A program made the position numbers and the translations under genes. Under the pieces are notes generated by a model. It ran no database searches. It saw nothing but the letters and a program-made list of their open reading frames with translations, and had not been told where the DNA came from. A stretch of 64,000 nt of DNA from Takakia lepidozioides (taxonomy: Eukaryota > Plantae > Bryophyta): assembly GCA_030704615.1 (NCBI GenBank), contig CM060732.1:35774001-35838000 (forward strand), given 5' to 3'. Below, piece by piece: positions 38,401 to 50,420 of the stretch (its first letter is position 1; every line of letters begins with the position of its first letter).

Positions 38401-39598
38401 ATGACAACGTGATCTCAAAGTTTCTCGACTCATTAGTGTATGATTAGGGTTTACACTTCAGAGAATTTGTGATCGGTGCTCAATACTGCATGCGCAAGTG
38501 GTTGTACCTGAGCTGTATCTGTCACCTTTTTCAATACTTCTTCGTCTGCCTCCGTCAGCTCCCTCAACACTTTCTTTTGTAATTCGATGGGGCTCAGAAG
38601 GGCACCAAGCTCCGCATGGCACACTTTGCCGTTGAAACTTGGGAATTGGTAGTTACACAGACTCTTGCACAACGTCGTCTTTCCCATCCCGCCCATGCCA
38701 TACACACCTATTGTACATGCATTTGTCTCCGCACTCCTCTCTGGAACTGGGTCTAATACCGAGAGTACGGCCTGTCCGTCAGCAAATTGCAAGGATCACT
38801 AACATAAAAAGGAAACGATTCTTGCACACTGGCATACACATACTTAGAAAATGAGCCTAGTAAGAGGAAACACAGTGGTCACAATTGTCTTTTGCCAGCA
38901 GGCATTAGTGCTCTGCATTCACAATTTAGAACATACAAGGTCAAACAACGATGTCATTGCATGCACCATACAGCCCTCCGTCCGTAATGAAGTACCTTGC
39001 AAAGCCGATTTCTTCCTTGGACGTGAGAATCATCCCATCGAACATCTGGAGGAACCAGCCTGCAAATAGCTGCAACTACAGCCTTCTTGTAAGCCACCTC
39101 ACCTTCGGAAGCAAACTCCATACCGTTTATTGAATCTAACACTCTAAGGGCATTCTTCCACCTCCCTGTGTCAATCCTGTCGTCGAGCTGCGCCCATTCT
39201 TCCCACCTTCGAAACCATCTCTGTCGATTTACGGCAGATTTGAAATCTTTGCAAGAGATCTTGAAGAACAGAGGCAATATTTTGATGTTGGGATTCGTTG
39301 ACTTTTGTGCCTCAGCAAATATAACCAATTCCAGCATTGGCCATTTAGTTTTTGTGAAGAACTCCTCGGAGAGTACCACAACCGCCACCCAGCACTGCTT
39401 CGCTGCCTCAAAGATCAGGTCTGGGAAATTCTCACCTTTTGGCAAACTGTCAGGGCGCATGTCAAAGAAGGGGTTCAGCTGCACCCTTTCCAAGTTCTCA
39501 CAAAGCTCTTCTACGAAATCCTTCTGAACCCCACTGTGGCTTAAGAAGATTTTATGCTTCGTTAACAAGGCTGGAACTGACCCCCTGCAAATTATCAT
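35410..39598 (-). CDS. TIR-NB-ARC-LRR-TIR NLR immune receptor (start codon uncertain)
   Basis: Exons ~39598-38996 (TIR1 IFLSHSG..VVVLSEEFF..WPMLEL), 38771-38508 (P-loop GVYGMGGMGKT), 38169-37519 (kinase-2 VFLALDSV, RNBS-B GSKVVVTSR, GLPL-like HPLALK), 37194-35410 (MHS, LRRs, TIR2 AVVLSEEFF..RPMMEL). Phase-0 GT-AG junctions; the frame is open throughout. Confidence 0.9.
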
Positions 39599-40623
39599 GA
39601 AAGATTCAATTAGCTAGTGTATGTACTAGACGTTATACGCACACAGAAGTGGGTTCTAGTCGAAATCTATGACTATGTGCTCATAAGTAAGTTTAGTTCA
39701 AATCTTGAGAAATCTGATGAATCTGTGAGGTCTGTCCTTGCATTTTGCTGCTTTTCTGTCGAGTTCTTAAGTAGAGTTCTTAAATTGAGCATCTCGACAT
39801 ACACCACGACTCCATTTACACCAGTTGAGATCGGTGATACTGACGAGGTTTACTAAGAATGCAGGAGAGATGCAGGATATAAAATATTGAACTCACTCTG
39901 CGGTCATAAGAGTCTCATATTCAACTGTGTCAGGAAGATCGCCTGCCTTGGTAGCAATTTCCTGAAATAAACCAATTGGAAGCTTACAAAGATATATCAA
40001 TCGACCAGTTTTGAGATAAATAGGCATGCCATGTACAGCAAACCCTTGAACAGCAGAAGCTACTTCATGTAATGAGCCCACAAATCTAGATAAACGAGGC
40101 AGTGACGATCTGTCATTAAGAGAAGATTCTTTCAAAAAATAACACGCATAAATATAACTTACATTTGGAAACCTCCAACAGCTTTTGATCCAGCCAGAGA
40201 AGAACAATCCATCAACATTGTTGGCGCAATAGCATATCAATCTATCGACACTGAAAAAAGTCTTCCTTGTAGGACAGCTGCGACGGAAATGGGACCCCAC
40301 GAGAGGATTCCGTCCGGGCCCCAGGCCAACCTGCCAACCCATACACCAGATGGTCGTTAGCCTTCTCCCTCAATGCACTTAAATATCAGCATTCTTATAC
40401 TAGGTACAATGAACAAGATTGATATAGATGAACTTAATTAGCTAAATCAGTTGCGGGATCCCCATTGCAGCTCTGCACTGCCAATTTGCATTCATAAAAA
40501 ATACGAACTGGCCGTCGCTTGCTCTCAATAGGAAGATTACAATCAGACGCTTCCGGCATATATTAACCTAATTTTCAAGACGAGCTCAATCTACAGTTGA
40601 AATCCGGGCTCTCTAGAGTCCCC

Positions 40624-40626
<3 letters not shown>

Positions 40627-40689
<63 letters not shown>
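40627..40689. repeat. (CT)n microsatellite
   Basis: Direct observation. Confidence 0.95.
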
Positions 40690-40692
<3 letters not shown>

Positions 40693-43640
40693 GCATAGGC
40701 TACGGCAAACAACGTCTTACGAGTCCATTCTCTCTCTGCAGCATTTGACGCTTTTGAACGTGAAGAATCTAGATCCAATAGAAGACTCCTTTCACAAAAA
40801 GAAGGAAGTGTCCATCCGATACTATGCTGAAGTTGAAGAGGATTAGATGGGGATTAAATAGTCCGTTACCTCTCTGCTTCGAATCTGCTGCCAAAGCGGG
40901 TCCATATATGAACTGTTGTGAATGCTCCTTTTTCCCCCAAGAAACTCACCCTCTAAATCTCTCATATGCTTCCAAACTTCTCTGTGAGACGCAACCTAGT
41001 CAGTTCTTATCGCGTCCTGTATCTTATATACAATGGTTAAGACCATTGTCGAGCCCGAAATCTAACCCATATCTAAGGAGCTTGCTAGAATCAGAAAGAG
41101 CCTTACACAAATTAGAGCAGCCTGGATCACTTCTTGGGCGGACAGATTCTTAGGCCAATACAATGAACTCGTCTTACAGGTCCAATTGTACCAGCGTCGG
41201 CCAGTTTCTCAGCGCAATCATGAACATCAATGTCCCGCAGCAGGTCCGATACAGTACACTGCCTCTCCTTCCTCTACTAGATAGGAGCTCTCTCTCTCTC
41301 TTCTTTCTTCAATTCGTTCTCAATCGAGGATCTACTGTAGTTAGCCCGCAAGCCCGCAGGAGCCGAGAAACGACATAGGCTTGCTTGCAGGAAGCGCTGC
41401 TGCTCGACCGCGTTGACAGAACTGTCCAGTTGACAAACTCCTGGATTACTTAATAACCCAGATTAATTACTGGATTCCTTAACTCTGTAGTGATTAACTT
41501 ACAGAAGTTTCATAGCATTTTGTCGGTAGAATTTCGTGTCTTCTAACTTTTTCTTTTTCTTTTTGGCGACCATGAAAAGTTTCGGATATTTTTATTGTTT
41601 TTCCACAAGGCACACAACACCGTAGCAGCCAATGAAACAAATGCCGATGAAGTTGCCACCTGTGATTATCAGTATACCTATCAGTTCAGCCCCATGCATT
41701 CACACGCCTGAATATCTTTGCTACTCTATGCAGAGTGAATGTAGAAACAAGTGCCTGTAGAGACCTTTACAAAAGTAGAGAACCTATGAATCGATCTTAA
41801 AGAGAAGCACTGATTGACGGAAGTGGAGCGACAATGCTTTGGAGGATTGCTTGACATGTTTCCAATTCACATCCTTGTCAAAATCTGGCCAGGCAGTGGA
41901 CAGTAGCATTGCGGTGACTCCACCTGGGGAGGGTTGCTTATTCCATTGGCAGTGGTGAGTGGAGGAGGTGTGGCATACTAGGATTCCTTGATGGGCGATT
42001 CCTTGATGGGCCCGGGTTGATGTATAGGTCTTTTCTCAGAGCAACCCTCCCTCGTTCCAGACCTAGGAGCGCACTTTCCCGTATGAGCATTCCGTACACG
42101 TATAGGTTTAGGGAGGAGTTACGAGGTACCCACTTAGGATATCCCCCTAATCTTGGATAGGGGAGCTGTCCTGCAGTGCAAGGCCATTTATTCTTTATTT
42201 TTTCTACTGAGGAAGCGAGCCAGACTGTATTAAGAAATATTCCGCAATTTATTTTATTTTATTTTTGCAATTTGCAGAGCAGAAAATTCACAAAGCTGTC
42301 AGTGGAAGCTCATATTTGGCTAATTCAGGCCAATTCTGTCCAAATTCCACAGGAATATGCCTGGCCACCTACTCCAATTTTTTGGAGAATTGGTGTATTC
42401 ATTGCGTGCAGAGGGTGAACCTTTCAAACATGGCTGCCCAAGATTAAGGCAGCGGGCAGCCTAAGGTACAGTAAAAACAGTATAATCTAATTTTATTCAT
42501 CATCTAAAGTATTATTATTGGGATAGCCGGTTAGGCATTTTTATGCTTAATAAATTTTAAAACAAACTGATAGATTAGGCCATTAGACATGATGTTCACC
42601 AAACTATGTCTTCGAATTAGGCAACCTCATAATATAACATGAAAAGAGAAAAAAATTGATCTGTTTTTCAAAGGAAAAGAAAAAGAAAAACACTTGTTTG
42701 TGGTGAAGGAACTCCTGAAATCATGGAGGATGTACAGTCTACCATGGATAAGTGTTACCTCTGGATACCCAAAATGTAACACTTTTAGAGACATTTAGCA
42801 AGCATCAGATAGAGAGAGGAAGATTTCAAAGTACATTCAAGTTCTTTTTCATCTTCACATAGCTTCAACTTGAAAGCTTTCCTATAACCTTTCTATCCGT
42901 GGTCAACATTAGCATAACAGAGCTTGTAGTTATATGATCAACTGGTTGCAGTCCTGTAGTAGGAGTTTGTGTCAGAGGAAAGTGAAGAAGGCCCGTCAGC
43001 TGAGGGAACTAGTCCAGAAGAGGGTGAAGGAAGTTCCCTCCTCCTGCAAAACTTCCACTTAAAGCCCAATAGGATCACTACAATAGGATCACTTCTCTAT
43101 AGCAAACAAATTGTAACATTTATATAGATTAGAGCAATTTTATTCACATGAAATACACTCATATAGTGGAATTGTTTGCAAATAAGAATCTAACATTTAT
43201 TTGTTTATTGTTATTTAGTGTCACCCAATTAGGTGGAATAACTAATGAGCCACCAATAATGGTGGTTATTATATACGCGGCATCTCATTTTACAATATTA
43301 GCGACCTTATGGCGCACGCGCAAGCTAGCCGGTGGCCACGCGGACGGACGCCCGGCTCCAGCCAGCCGTTGCGCACGGTCGCCCGCGCTCCGCCGTGCCC
43401 CCAGTCCACTGTGTCAGTCCCCTCACGTCCACAATGTCAGTCTACCCGCCAAGTCCGCCGCGCCTGAGTCCGCTTCCCTCCAGTCCGTCTGCTGGCCAAT
43501 CCGCTACGCCAGTCCCCCAAATTCCAGTCCGCTGAGGACGCCGGATCCGCACCATCCGTTCCTAAATACCATCTGAGCCCTCCATTTTTAGGGCATGAAT
43601 TCAAACCTTATCCCTGCAACCTGCCACTTGCCAGTAGCCG

Positions 43641-43822
43641 CGAACGTGCGCACTGTTGCGCAGGGCACGTTGTCGATCGTGTCCAAGGTATTGCGGCGCG
43701 TTTCTTGCAGGTTCTGAAGCGTATAATCTGTATTGTACAGGGCATGTTCGTGGAAGCAGAAGGCGATGATATACTGAAAACGAAAAGCCCGCTTATACGG
43801 CCTCTTCGACAATGTTTGCAAA
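43641..43822. repeat. Left copy of a ~180-bp inverted repeat (partner 59492-59672)
   Basis: Manual alignment gives about 22 substitutions plus 1 gap (~87% identity) in inverted orientation. Confidence 0.85.
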
Positions 43823-43856
43823 CACCAAAACCAGGACCCTTCAATGTGAAGGACCT

Positions 43857-44564
43857 TGTCGTGCGCATACATATCGCTACACAACTACATCGCTGTCCAA
43901 AACCACACAACACATGTGCACACCACACACTAGTATACCACTAGTCTACCACTAGTCCAGCCACTAGTCCAACCACTAGGCTACAACTAGTCAGTCACTA
44001 GGCTGCCACTACGCTGCCCACTATGGCAGTCACTAGTCCACACAATGATAAAGAAGAAGAATACAAGCACAAGCTCATGCGAGCTCACAAAGCTGAAGCA
44101 TAAACTCATGCATATATAACCTCATCACTCAAATACAAGTCAAGCCAAGTGCACCCCACGCCATGGGGAATCCACACTACGGCGCCATAGCTAGGCGCGG
44201 TGAGGCTCAACTCGAGAAAGATGAGCCTCCCGCGCTTGCCGTGAAGATAACCACTCCAAGGCCTAAATCTGCCTTGACCCCTGGATTGACACTTGGGCCA
44301 ATCCCAAATGTCAATATGTAAAAGCTAGCTATTTCCTAGCTAGTTTCACACTAGTGGTAAAATAACTTGACAGCTGTCGTGCGCATACATATCGCTACAC
44401 AACTACATCGCTGTCCAAAACCACACAACACATGTGCACACCACACACTAGTATACCACTAGTCTACCACTAGTCCAGCCACTAGTCCAACCACTAGGCT
44501 ACAACTAGTCAGTCACTAGGCTGCCACTACGCTGCCCACTATGGCAGTCACTAGTCCACACAAT
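43857..44564. repeat. 3' terminal repeat block: identical 190-bp direct repeats (43857-44046, 44375-44564) around a 328-bp spacer
   Basis: Both copies start TGTCGTGCGCATAC and appear identical by eye; each contains an array of CCACTAG-like short repeats. 44372-43857 read on the minus strand has TGTC...GACA termini. Confidence 0.9.
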
Positions 44565-44822
44565 CGCCCCCCTAGTTGGTGCTTAGGTCCCTCTAAGTCC
44601 AGGTAGCCACAAGATGTGATAGTGACCATAGCCTCACTAAGTCCTCCACCACTATCCCTACTACACTCAAACTCGATAGATCAAGAGGCCGGGTGCAAGA
44701 GTTGCCCCATCGTTAGTCGTCGTCTTGCAACCTGTGAACTTGAGCTTGGGATCTCATGTATTGACTCCTATGAGCTTGGCCTCCCATGTCTTGTTAGCTG
44801 CCTCCAGTCATGTCCACTGCCA

Positions 44823-47785
44823 CTATCCCAAGCAGTGTGGACACAACCAATCTCCGTCAGGAACCTTCTCAAGAGGTGGTGTCAAGCATCCCATATGCCA
44901 ACCCCTTGAGCACCGATCACACACCAGCATGGTGGCTGCCCCTTTGGCAGACCCACAGAGCATGCACCTCAAACCTGCAGGTACCACTGCCAAGTTTGGG
45001 TCAACTCTGCCATCGACATTGGGAAGGTGACATGGCGCACAATTACGCACATGGTCTTTCCAAGTCATGCCATCCCGACCCTCTAAGATCAGGACCCCTG
45101 AGGGCAACACCTCTCGAACCCTCAGAATAACACGCCCTGCAGTAACATCCAGAGTCGTAGGAGCAGTCTGCTGCAAATAAACATAGTCACCAGGGCTAAA
45201 CCTCCGAACCCCAGGACGATATCCTCCACCACGTATAGTGGCATACCTCAACGTATCACGGTGCTGTGCAATGGCAAGGTTCTCAAAAGCCATGGGCATG
45301 ACTTTCTTGAACAACTCTGCACGCTGATCACATGCACGTACCCACACGTCCGGATCGTCAAGGTTAAGGACTTGAGCAGTGTCCCTACGAATGGCTGCAG
45401 GCAAATCCGGCTCTCGGCCAAAGAGAAGGAAATATGGTGAGAAGGAGGCAAGTGATGCTTGTTTGCTGAACCTGTAGCCCATGGCTAACCAAGGAACCTG
45501 AAGATCCCAATCTCCTAGGTGTCCCTTCTGCAAGCCATACTTGCGCAAACCCTCTTCACCGTCTGAACAACTCTCTCTGCTAAGCCATCGGCCTCAGGAT
45601 GATCCCGAGAAGTGGTGCGGTGGTCTATCAAGGCTTTATCACACAAAGCCTGAAACTCCCCCAAGAACTCTCTCCCTTGGTCCGTGAGTACCTCAGCTGG
45701 AGCACCAAATCGGCTAAGCACACGATCCAAGAATGCATACGCAGCCCCCTCACTAGCCTTGTCAGGCAATGGAACCAACTCAATCCACTTGGAGAAGTGC
45801 TCCACCATCACCAACACATATCTGTGGTGGCGCATAGTCAGTGGCAACGGTCCTGCGAAGTCAAGACTCCACCTGTAGCCCAATCCCATGATAGGTAAAG
45901 GATGCAACTGTGGTGTAGGGGCGTTGAATGAAGCACGCACCCTGTCACACACCATGCACCTAGCCACAAACTGTTGCACCTCTGTATGCATACCACGCCA
46001 CCAATACTGCCCCTGCAGTAAACTGTGAGTGCGTCGCACTCCAAAATGCCCCAACTCCTCATGGGCATGCCGCACTAACCGTGCACGCTGTGTGGGGTGA
46101 GGCACAATCCTCACCCGACCATCCTCCCACACTCGAAGTAGGTGTATCCCCTCCCACTTGAACCTCTTGGCTCGTTGCAGGATCCGATCCCTCTCCCTGG
46201 CAGTCACAATGGCTGCCGTGTCTCCCGTGCGGAGGTAGTCCAACACAGCCGAATCCTCATGTATATCTCTGGCACCACCTAGCTCATCACTAGCCTCAGG
46301 GTCCTCAGACACTCCGTCTACAGTCATCCCTGTTGTAGGTCCAATCTGACCTCCCGATGCCAAGATACACAAAAATGCAGATGCGTGCCATCCCGGCACC
46401 ATCTCCTCGTCCGTCTCACCATGCCACCGAGCTCCAGTGTCATCCTGCTGGCTCATGCATGGATTGCGACTCAATCCATCCGCATCCCGATTGACCAAAC
46501 CCGGTCGATGCACAATCTGAAAGTCATACTCCTGGAGTATAAGTGCCCACCGTGCAAGCTTCCCCGTAAGCTTGTCTGACTCCATCAACCACTTGAGTGG
46601 CTGGTGATCCGTGACAAGGGTGAAAAGATTGCCATATAGATAGCACCTGAAGTGTGCCACGGCCCACACTGCAGCTAAGCACTCTCCCTCATATGAGCTG
46701 TACTTAGCCTCTGCAGCGTTGTTCGAGCGGCTAACGTAAGCCACTACGAACTCTCTTCCCTCATCATCCACCTGTGTGAGCACCACTCCAAGCCCCAGCA
46801 TGCTCCAATCCGTATGCAGCTGAAAGGGACGCCCCCTGATAGGTCGTCTCAAGATAAGCGCCGAGGTCAACCTCGCCTTGAGCTCTTGAAAAGCTCGTTC
46901 CTGCTCATCTTCCCACTGCCACTCCTGGTCCACCTTGGTCAGCTTGGTTAGAGCCTTTGCAATGGTACTAAATCCCTTGACAAACCGTCTATAATAGTTT
47001 GCCAACCCCATGAAAGCTCGAACTCGGCTCACATCCGTGGGGCGTGGAATTTGTGCAATGGCCTCTACCTTAGTCTGCTGTACCCCCAATCCTCCAGGAT
47101 ATATCATGTGACCCAGATACTCAATTTGGTTGTGGAAAAACTTGCACTTCCCCGGATGCAACTTCAATCCGTGCGCTCTCAAGCGCTCCAATACCACCTG
47201 AAGGTGTCTCTCATGCAATCGTCAGACCAAGTCCGATAAGTATGCCATGCCAACACCAGAGGTGATCTTTGATGCCATCGGGCATGCTAAGGCCTTTAGC
47301 ACTTTGGATTTACGATCCGGATATCACCAGTTGCCAATCAAGGAGGCGGACAAGCAGAAGACGGCATTCTGGGGATCAATGAGCCGGCAAGGATTGCTTA
47401 TCAGTGGCGGTTCTTACCATTTGGGCTTAAGAATGCTCCTGCAGAGTTTCAGAGAGTCATGGATAGGATTCTAGCAGGGGTGGACTTTGCTCGGTGCTAC
47501 ATAGATGACATCATCATCTTTAGTGTTACGATGGAGGAGGTAATCACCGCACATACGTCTCTCCGTCCAATTGCCATAGACATCCTTCTTGGCTGGCATC
47601 ACTGTGGCTGAAGCATACTCTCCACCAGAGAGCTCCACCAAACCTGCCTCCCAGAGATCTTGAGTCCTCATCTGAATCAAAGACCTCTCCATGTCACTGT
47701 ATCTATAGGGTCTCCGAAAGATTGGCGTGTCAGTGGCCAACTCAATACGGATCTCTTGACCCTTCAGTGCTCCCAAGTCCTTCAA
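44823..47785 (-). pseudogene. pol: Gypsy pol (RT-RNase H-integrase-PHD), disrupted by frameshift and internal inversion
   Basis: PYRYS..SATVMPAKKD..RMCGDY; YIDD (inverted, on +); RNase H TDWS..YEGECLA..TDHQPL..ADGLSR; integrase HHCC (HEELGH..CMVC), D,D,E core (LDFAG, TDQGREF, LAER); PHD CMLC..CDRC..H..C..WLCPHC. Confidence 0.93.
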
Positions 47786-48229
47786 ACTGAAGGCAAAGCA
47801 ATTCCTGTAAGCCCTCAGGAACCGCCGTATACGTCGTCTCTCTCCTCCGGTGACAATGGGTCCAATGTCAGGCTCCCAATTGTCCTCCGTAACTGCAACC
47901 TTAAGTCCAGTGGGCTTAGAGGTAGAGGACGCGTCCCGTGGTTGCTATGCTGCAACCTCTTGAGCAGTACTCCCTACCTGCTCAGTCAATGACAAGCCTC
48001 ATCCTGCCCCATCATCTCATCCTTGAGGACCTCCTCAACCCGAGAAGAAATCCCCAACCTCATCATCACAGCCGCCTTGGCTGCCAACTCCCTCTGAACC
48101 TCGAGCACCTCCCACGTGTGCCATGGATGCATGCACACCCGTGGTCCTCACATGCTCGCCCCCACTCACTGCCTGTACCGTCTCGGTAGGCAGAGAGACC
48201 ATTGAGGGAAGTGTATTCCGCACTCTGCG

Positions 48230-48856
48230 TTGCTCAGCCAGAGCCAAGCTGATAATCCAGGTCAAGCAATTGAGATCCATTGCTTGCCCCAACACTTGAC
48301 GACGTGATGCCTCAGAAAGAGACGACACCGCCGTGGTACCAGTGGTAAACCCATTGCCCGCTCACGCTCGTCAGCATTAGCTCCACTAACTGCTGCAACT
48401 GAGCATCCCACAGGAGGCCAGGTCCACTATCCCGGAAAGCATGCGATCCTGGGAGCTGAGCAGTGTAGGTAATGCTGCTCGTGGTTGACCCACCTTGTTG
48501 ACCACTGCAAAGGCGAACGGTCATCGTGTCTCACACGTTGAGACTGCCTCCCTGTGTCCAGAATGTTATCCACTGTGAGATGTGCTGGCCGCTGCACCCC
48601 ATCAAATGCACGCTTGAGCAGTGCGGGTAGCATCAGTTAGTCCACCATAGCCGTGGACGATGAGCCCGTGACCCCACTGTAGCTGCATCTAGCAACACTG
48701 CTGACCCAAGCCACGACCGACTTGATGCACACTGGCCATCACCCTGGCCCGAGAATCGCCCATCCAGTGGCACATTCTCCAAGATGTATGATGAGATACA
48801 GCCCTTGACTGAAGCCTGCAAGTGGCGCAAAACCCGCACCATCTCCCAAACAGACC
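48230..48856 (-). pseudogene. C5 cytosine DNA methyltransferase domain (DNMT3-like), C-terminal half, frameshifted
   Basis: Across small frameshifts: GLF-WEMVRVL (cf. DNMT3 GRLFFEFYRLL), motif VI ILENV, motif VIII LDAA..GSRAHRPRLWWTN (cf. AHRARYFWGN), motif IX NADERERAMG, motif X SRRQVLGQAMD. Motifs I-IV would lie in the N gap. Confidence 0.82.
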
Positions 48857-49356
48857 NNNNNNNNNNNNNNNNNNNNNNNNNNNNNNNNNNNNNNNNNNNN
48901 NNNNNNNNNNNNNNNNNNNNNNNNNNNNNNNNNNNNNNNNNNNNNNNNNNNNNNNNNNNNNNNNNNNNNNNNNNNNNNNNNNNNNNNNNNNNNNNNNNNN
49001 NNNNNNNNNNNNNNNNNNNNNNNNNNNNNNNNNNNNNNNNNNNNNNNNNNNNNNNNNNNNNNNNNNNNNNNNNNNNNNNNNNNNNNNNNNNNNNNNNNNN
49101 NNNNNNNNNNNNNNNNNNNNNNNNNNNNNNNNNNNNNNNNNNNNNNNNNNNNNNNNNNNNNNNNNNNNNNNNNNNNNNNNNNNNNNNNNNNNNNNNNNNN
49201 NNNNNNNNNNNNNNNNNNNNNNNNNNNNNNNNNNNNNNNNNNNNNNNNNNNNNNNNNNNNNNNNNNNNNNNNNNNNNNNNNNNNNNNNNNNNNNNNNNNN
49301 NNNNNNNNNNNNNNNNNNNNNNNNNNNNNNNNNNNNNNNNNNNNNNNNNNNNNNNN
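48857..49356. other. Assembly gap (500 N)
   Basis: Run of N; the true length is unknown. Confidence 1.
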
Positions 49357-49559
49357 GGGCATCTCCAAACAGGTATTTCGAAAAAGTAAAACAAGTACAC
49401 TAAACAACAAACGACGCGGCTACTACCACCGCATACATGTACTCTCTACTTCCCAGAACGCCTCTCGTTATTCAAATAACCAAGTCAAGTGCCGCACTCT
49501 TTTCTTCCAGCTCTCGTTGCGCAACTTTTTGAGGATATGATTGGGTGGTAAGTACTGTC

Positions 49560-50420
49560 CGAAAACCATCCAGCTTCACAGACCAAAAAAATCCCTCTAA
49601 TATTTCGGAATATGGGGTGAACCAGCGTTGTCACATGCGATTTCTTCTTCTGTCGATCTGTAAAACATTGGAAACATTGCATTCCTAAACACTGTTTTTT
49701 GAGGATTAATAAGACACTACAGAGGGAATGAAATCTCCTTGATGACTTACTTGTTCACGTCGGGCATAGCTGTAAGAAGCCTAGCGATGTCGTTTCCAGG
49801 ATCCAAACCATTGCCTCCATAGCAACATGCTGTCTTTGTCTTTCGAATGGTGTTTCTGAATGTATCCCATCCATGCCAGCAATCGGTGGTTGCCGTCCCA
49901 GACGTAGAACATGTGGTTGCAGAATTGCTGGGTGTTTCTTTCCCATCATGAGGCCCAGCTCGAACTCCTCATTGGCATCTTTCCAGCACTCATCCCAGTT
50001 ATCACTGATCTCTGGAGACACTAATGTGCTTTCCCATTTTATCCGTCAGTGACACATAAAAACTTGTGCACCCAGTCTATATCCATGCACAAAATCACTC
50101 TCCAATTTTGTTATGTCATGGGAAAGAGGTGGACGCACAACAGGCATTGATATCATCCGGCACAGAGGTATGTCCAGATGCCCTCCAGATACGAGCATGT
50201 CCCTTATAACCTCTTGAGAGTTTATCTTCTGGAATGACATGAGTTCTTTCACCTTGTCAAGGTAGTGCACTTCGGATTCATCTGCTTCATATCTGTATTC
50301 TCTGAGCTTTTTGCGGACTCGTCCCCATCTCCAGATCATTTCCCCTCTGATCCTGTAGGCTTCGACCTCACAGTTTTCTGCACGATGCCATTCAGTTCTG
50401 ACTGAGTGATTTGCAAATAG
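49560..50420 (-). pseudogene. ParB/Srx-like domain ORF (transposon-associated), frameshifted
   Basis: MPVVRPPL..DI.KLESDFVHGYR, then MFYVWDGNHRLLAW (DGNHR at 49883-49897), typical of the ParB N-terminal fold. Lies divergent from the MULE transposase. Confidence 0.6.

Larger units (their letters stand above)
43857..48856 (-). mobile_element. Ty3/gypsy LTR retrotransposon carrying a DNMT3-like methyltransferase and a PHD finger; 5' part lost in the assembly gap
   Basis: Minus-strand order: DNMT (48856-~48230), RT (47785-47540 plus inverted core), RT/RNase H/integrase ORF 47218-45515, integrase C-terminus + PHD 45548-44823, PPT-like AGGGGGG at ~44567-44573, terminal repeat block 43857-44564. 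Confidence 0.92.

Noticed and set aside
43925-44045. CRISPR-like array (CCACTAG repeats); likewise 56260-56670 and 58500-58930
   Set aside because: Eukaryotic context, short degenerate units, no unique spacers of constant length, no cas genes; these are TE-internal repeats.
48633-49410. Long ORFs spanning the N run
   Set aside because: Artefacts of translating Ns; only the part up to 48856 is informative.
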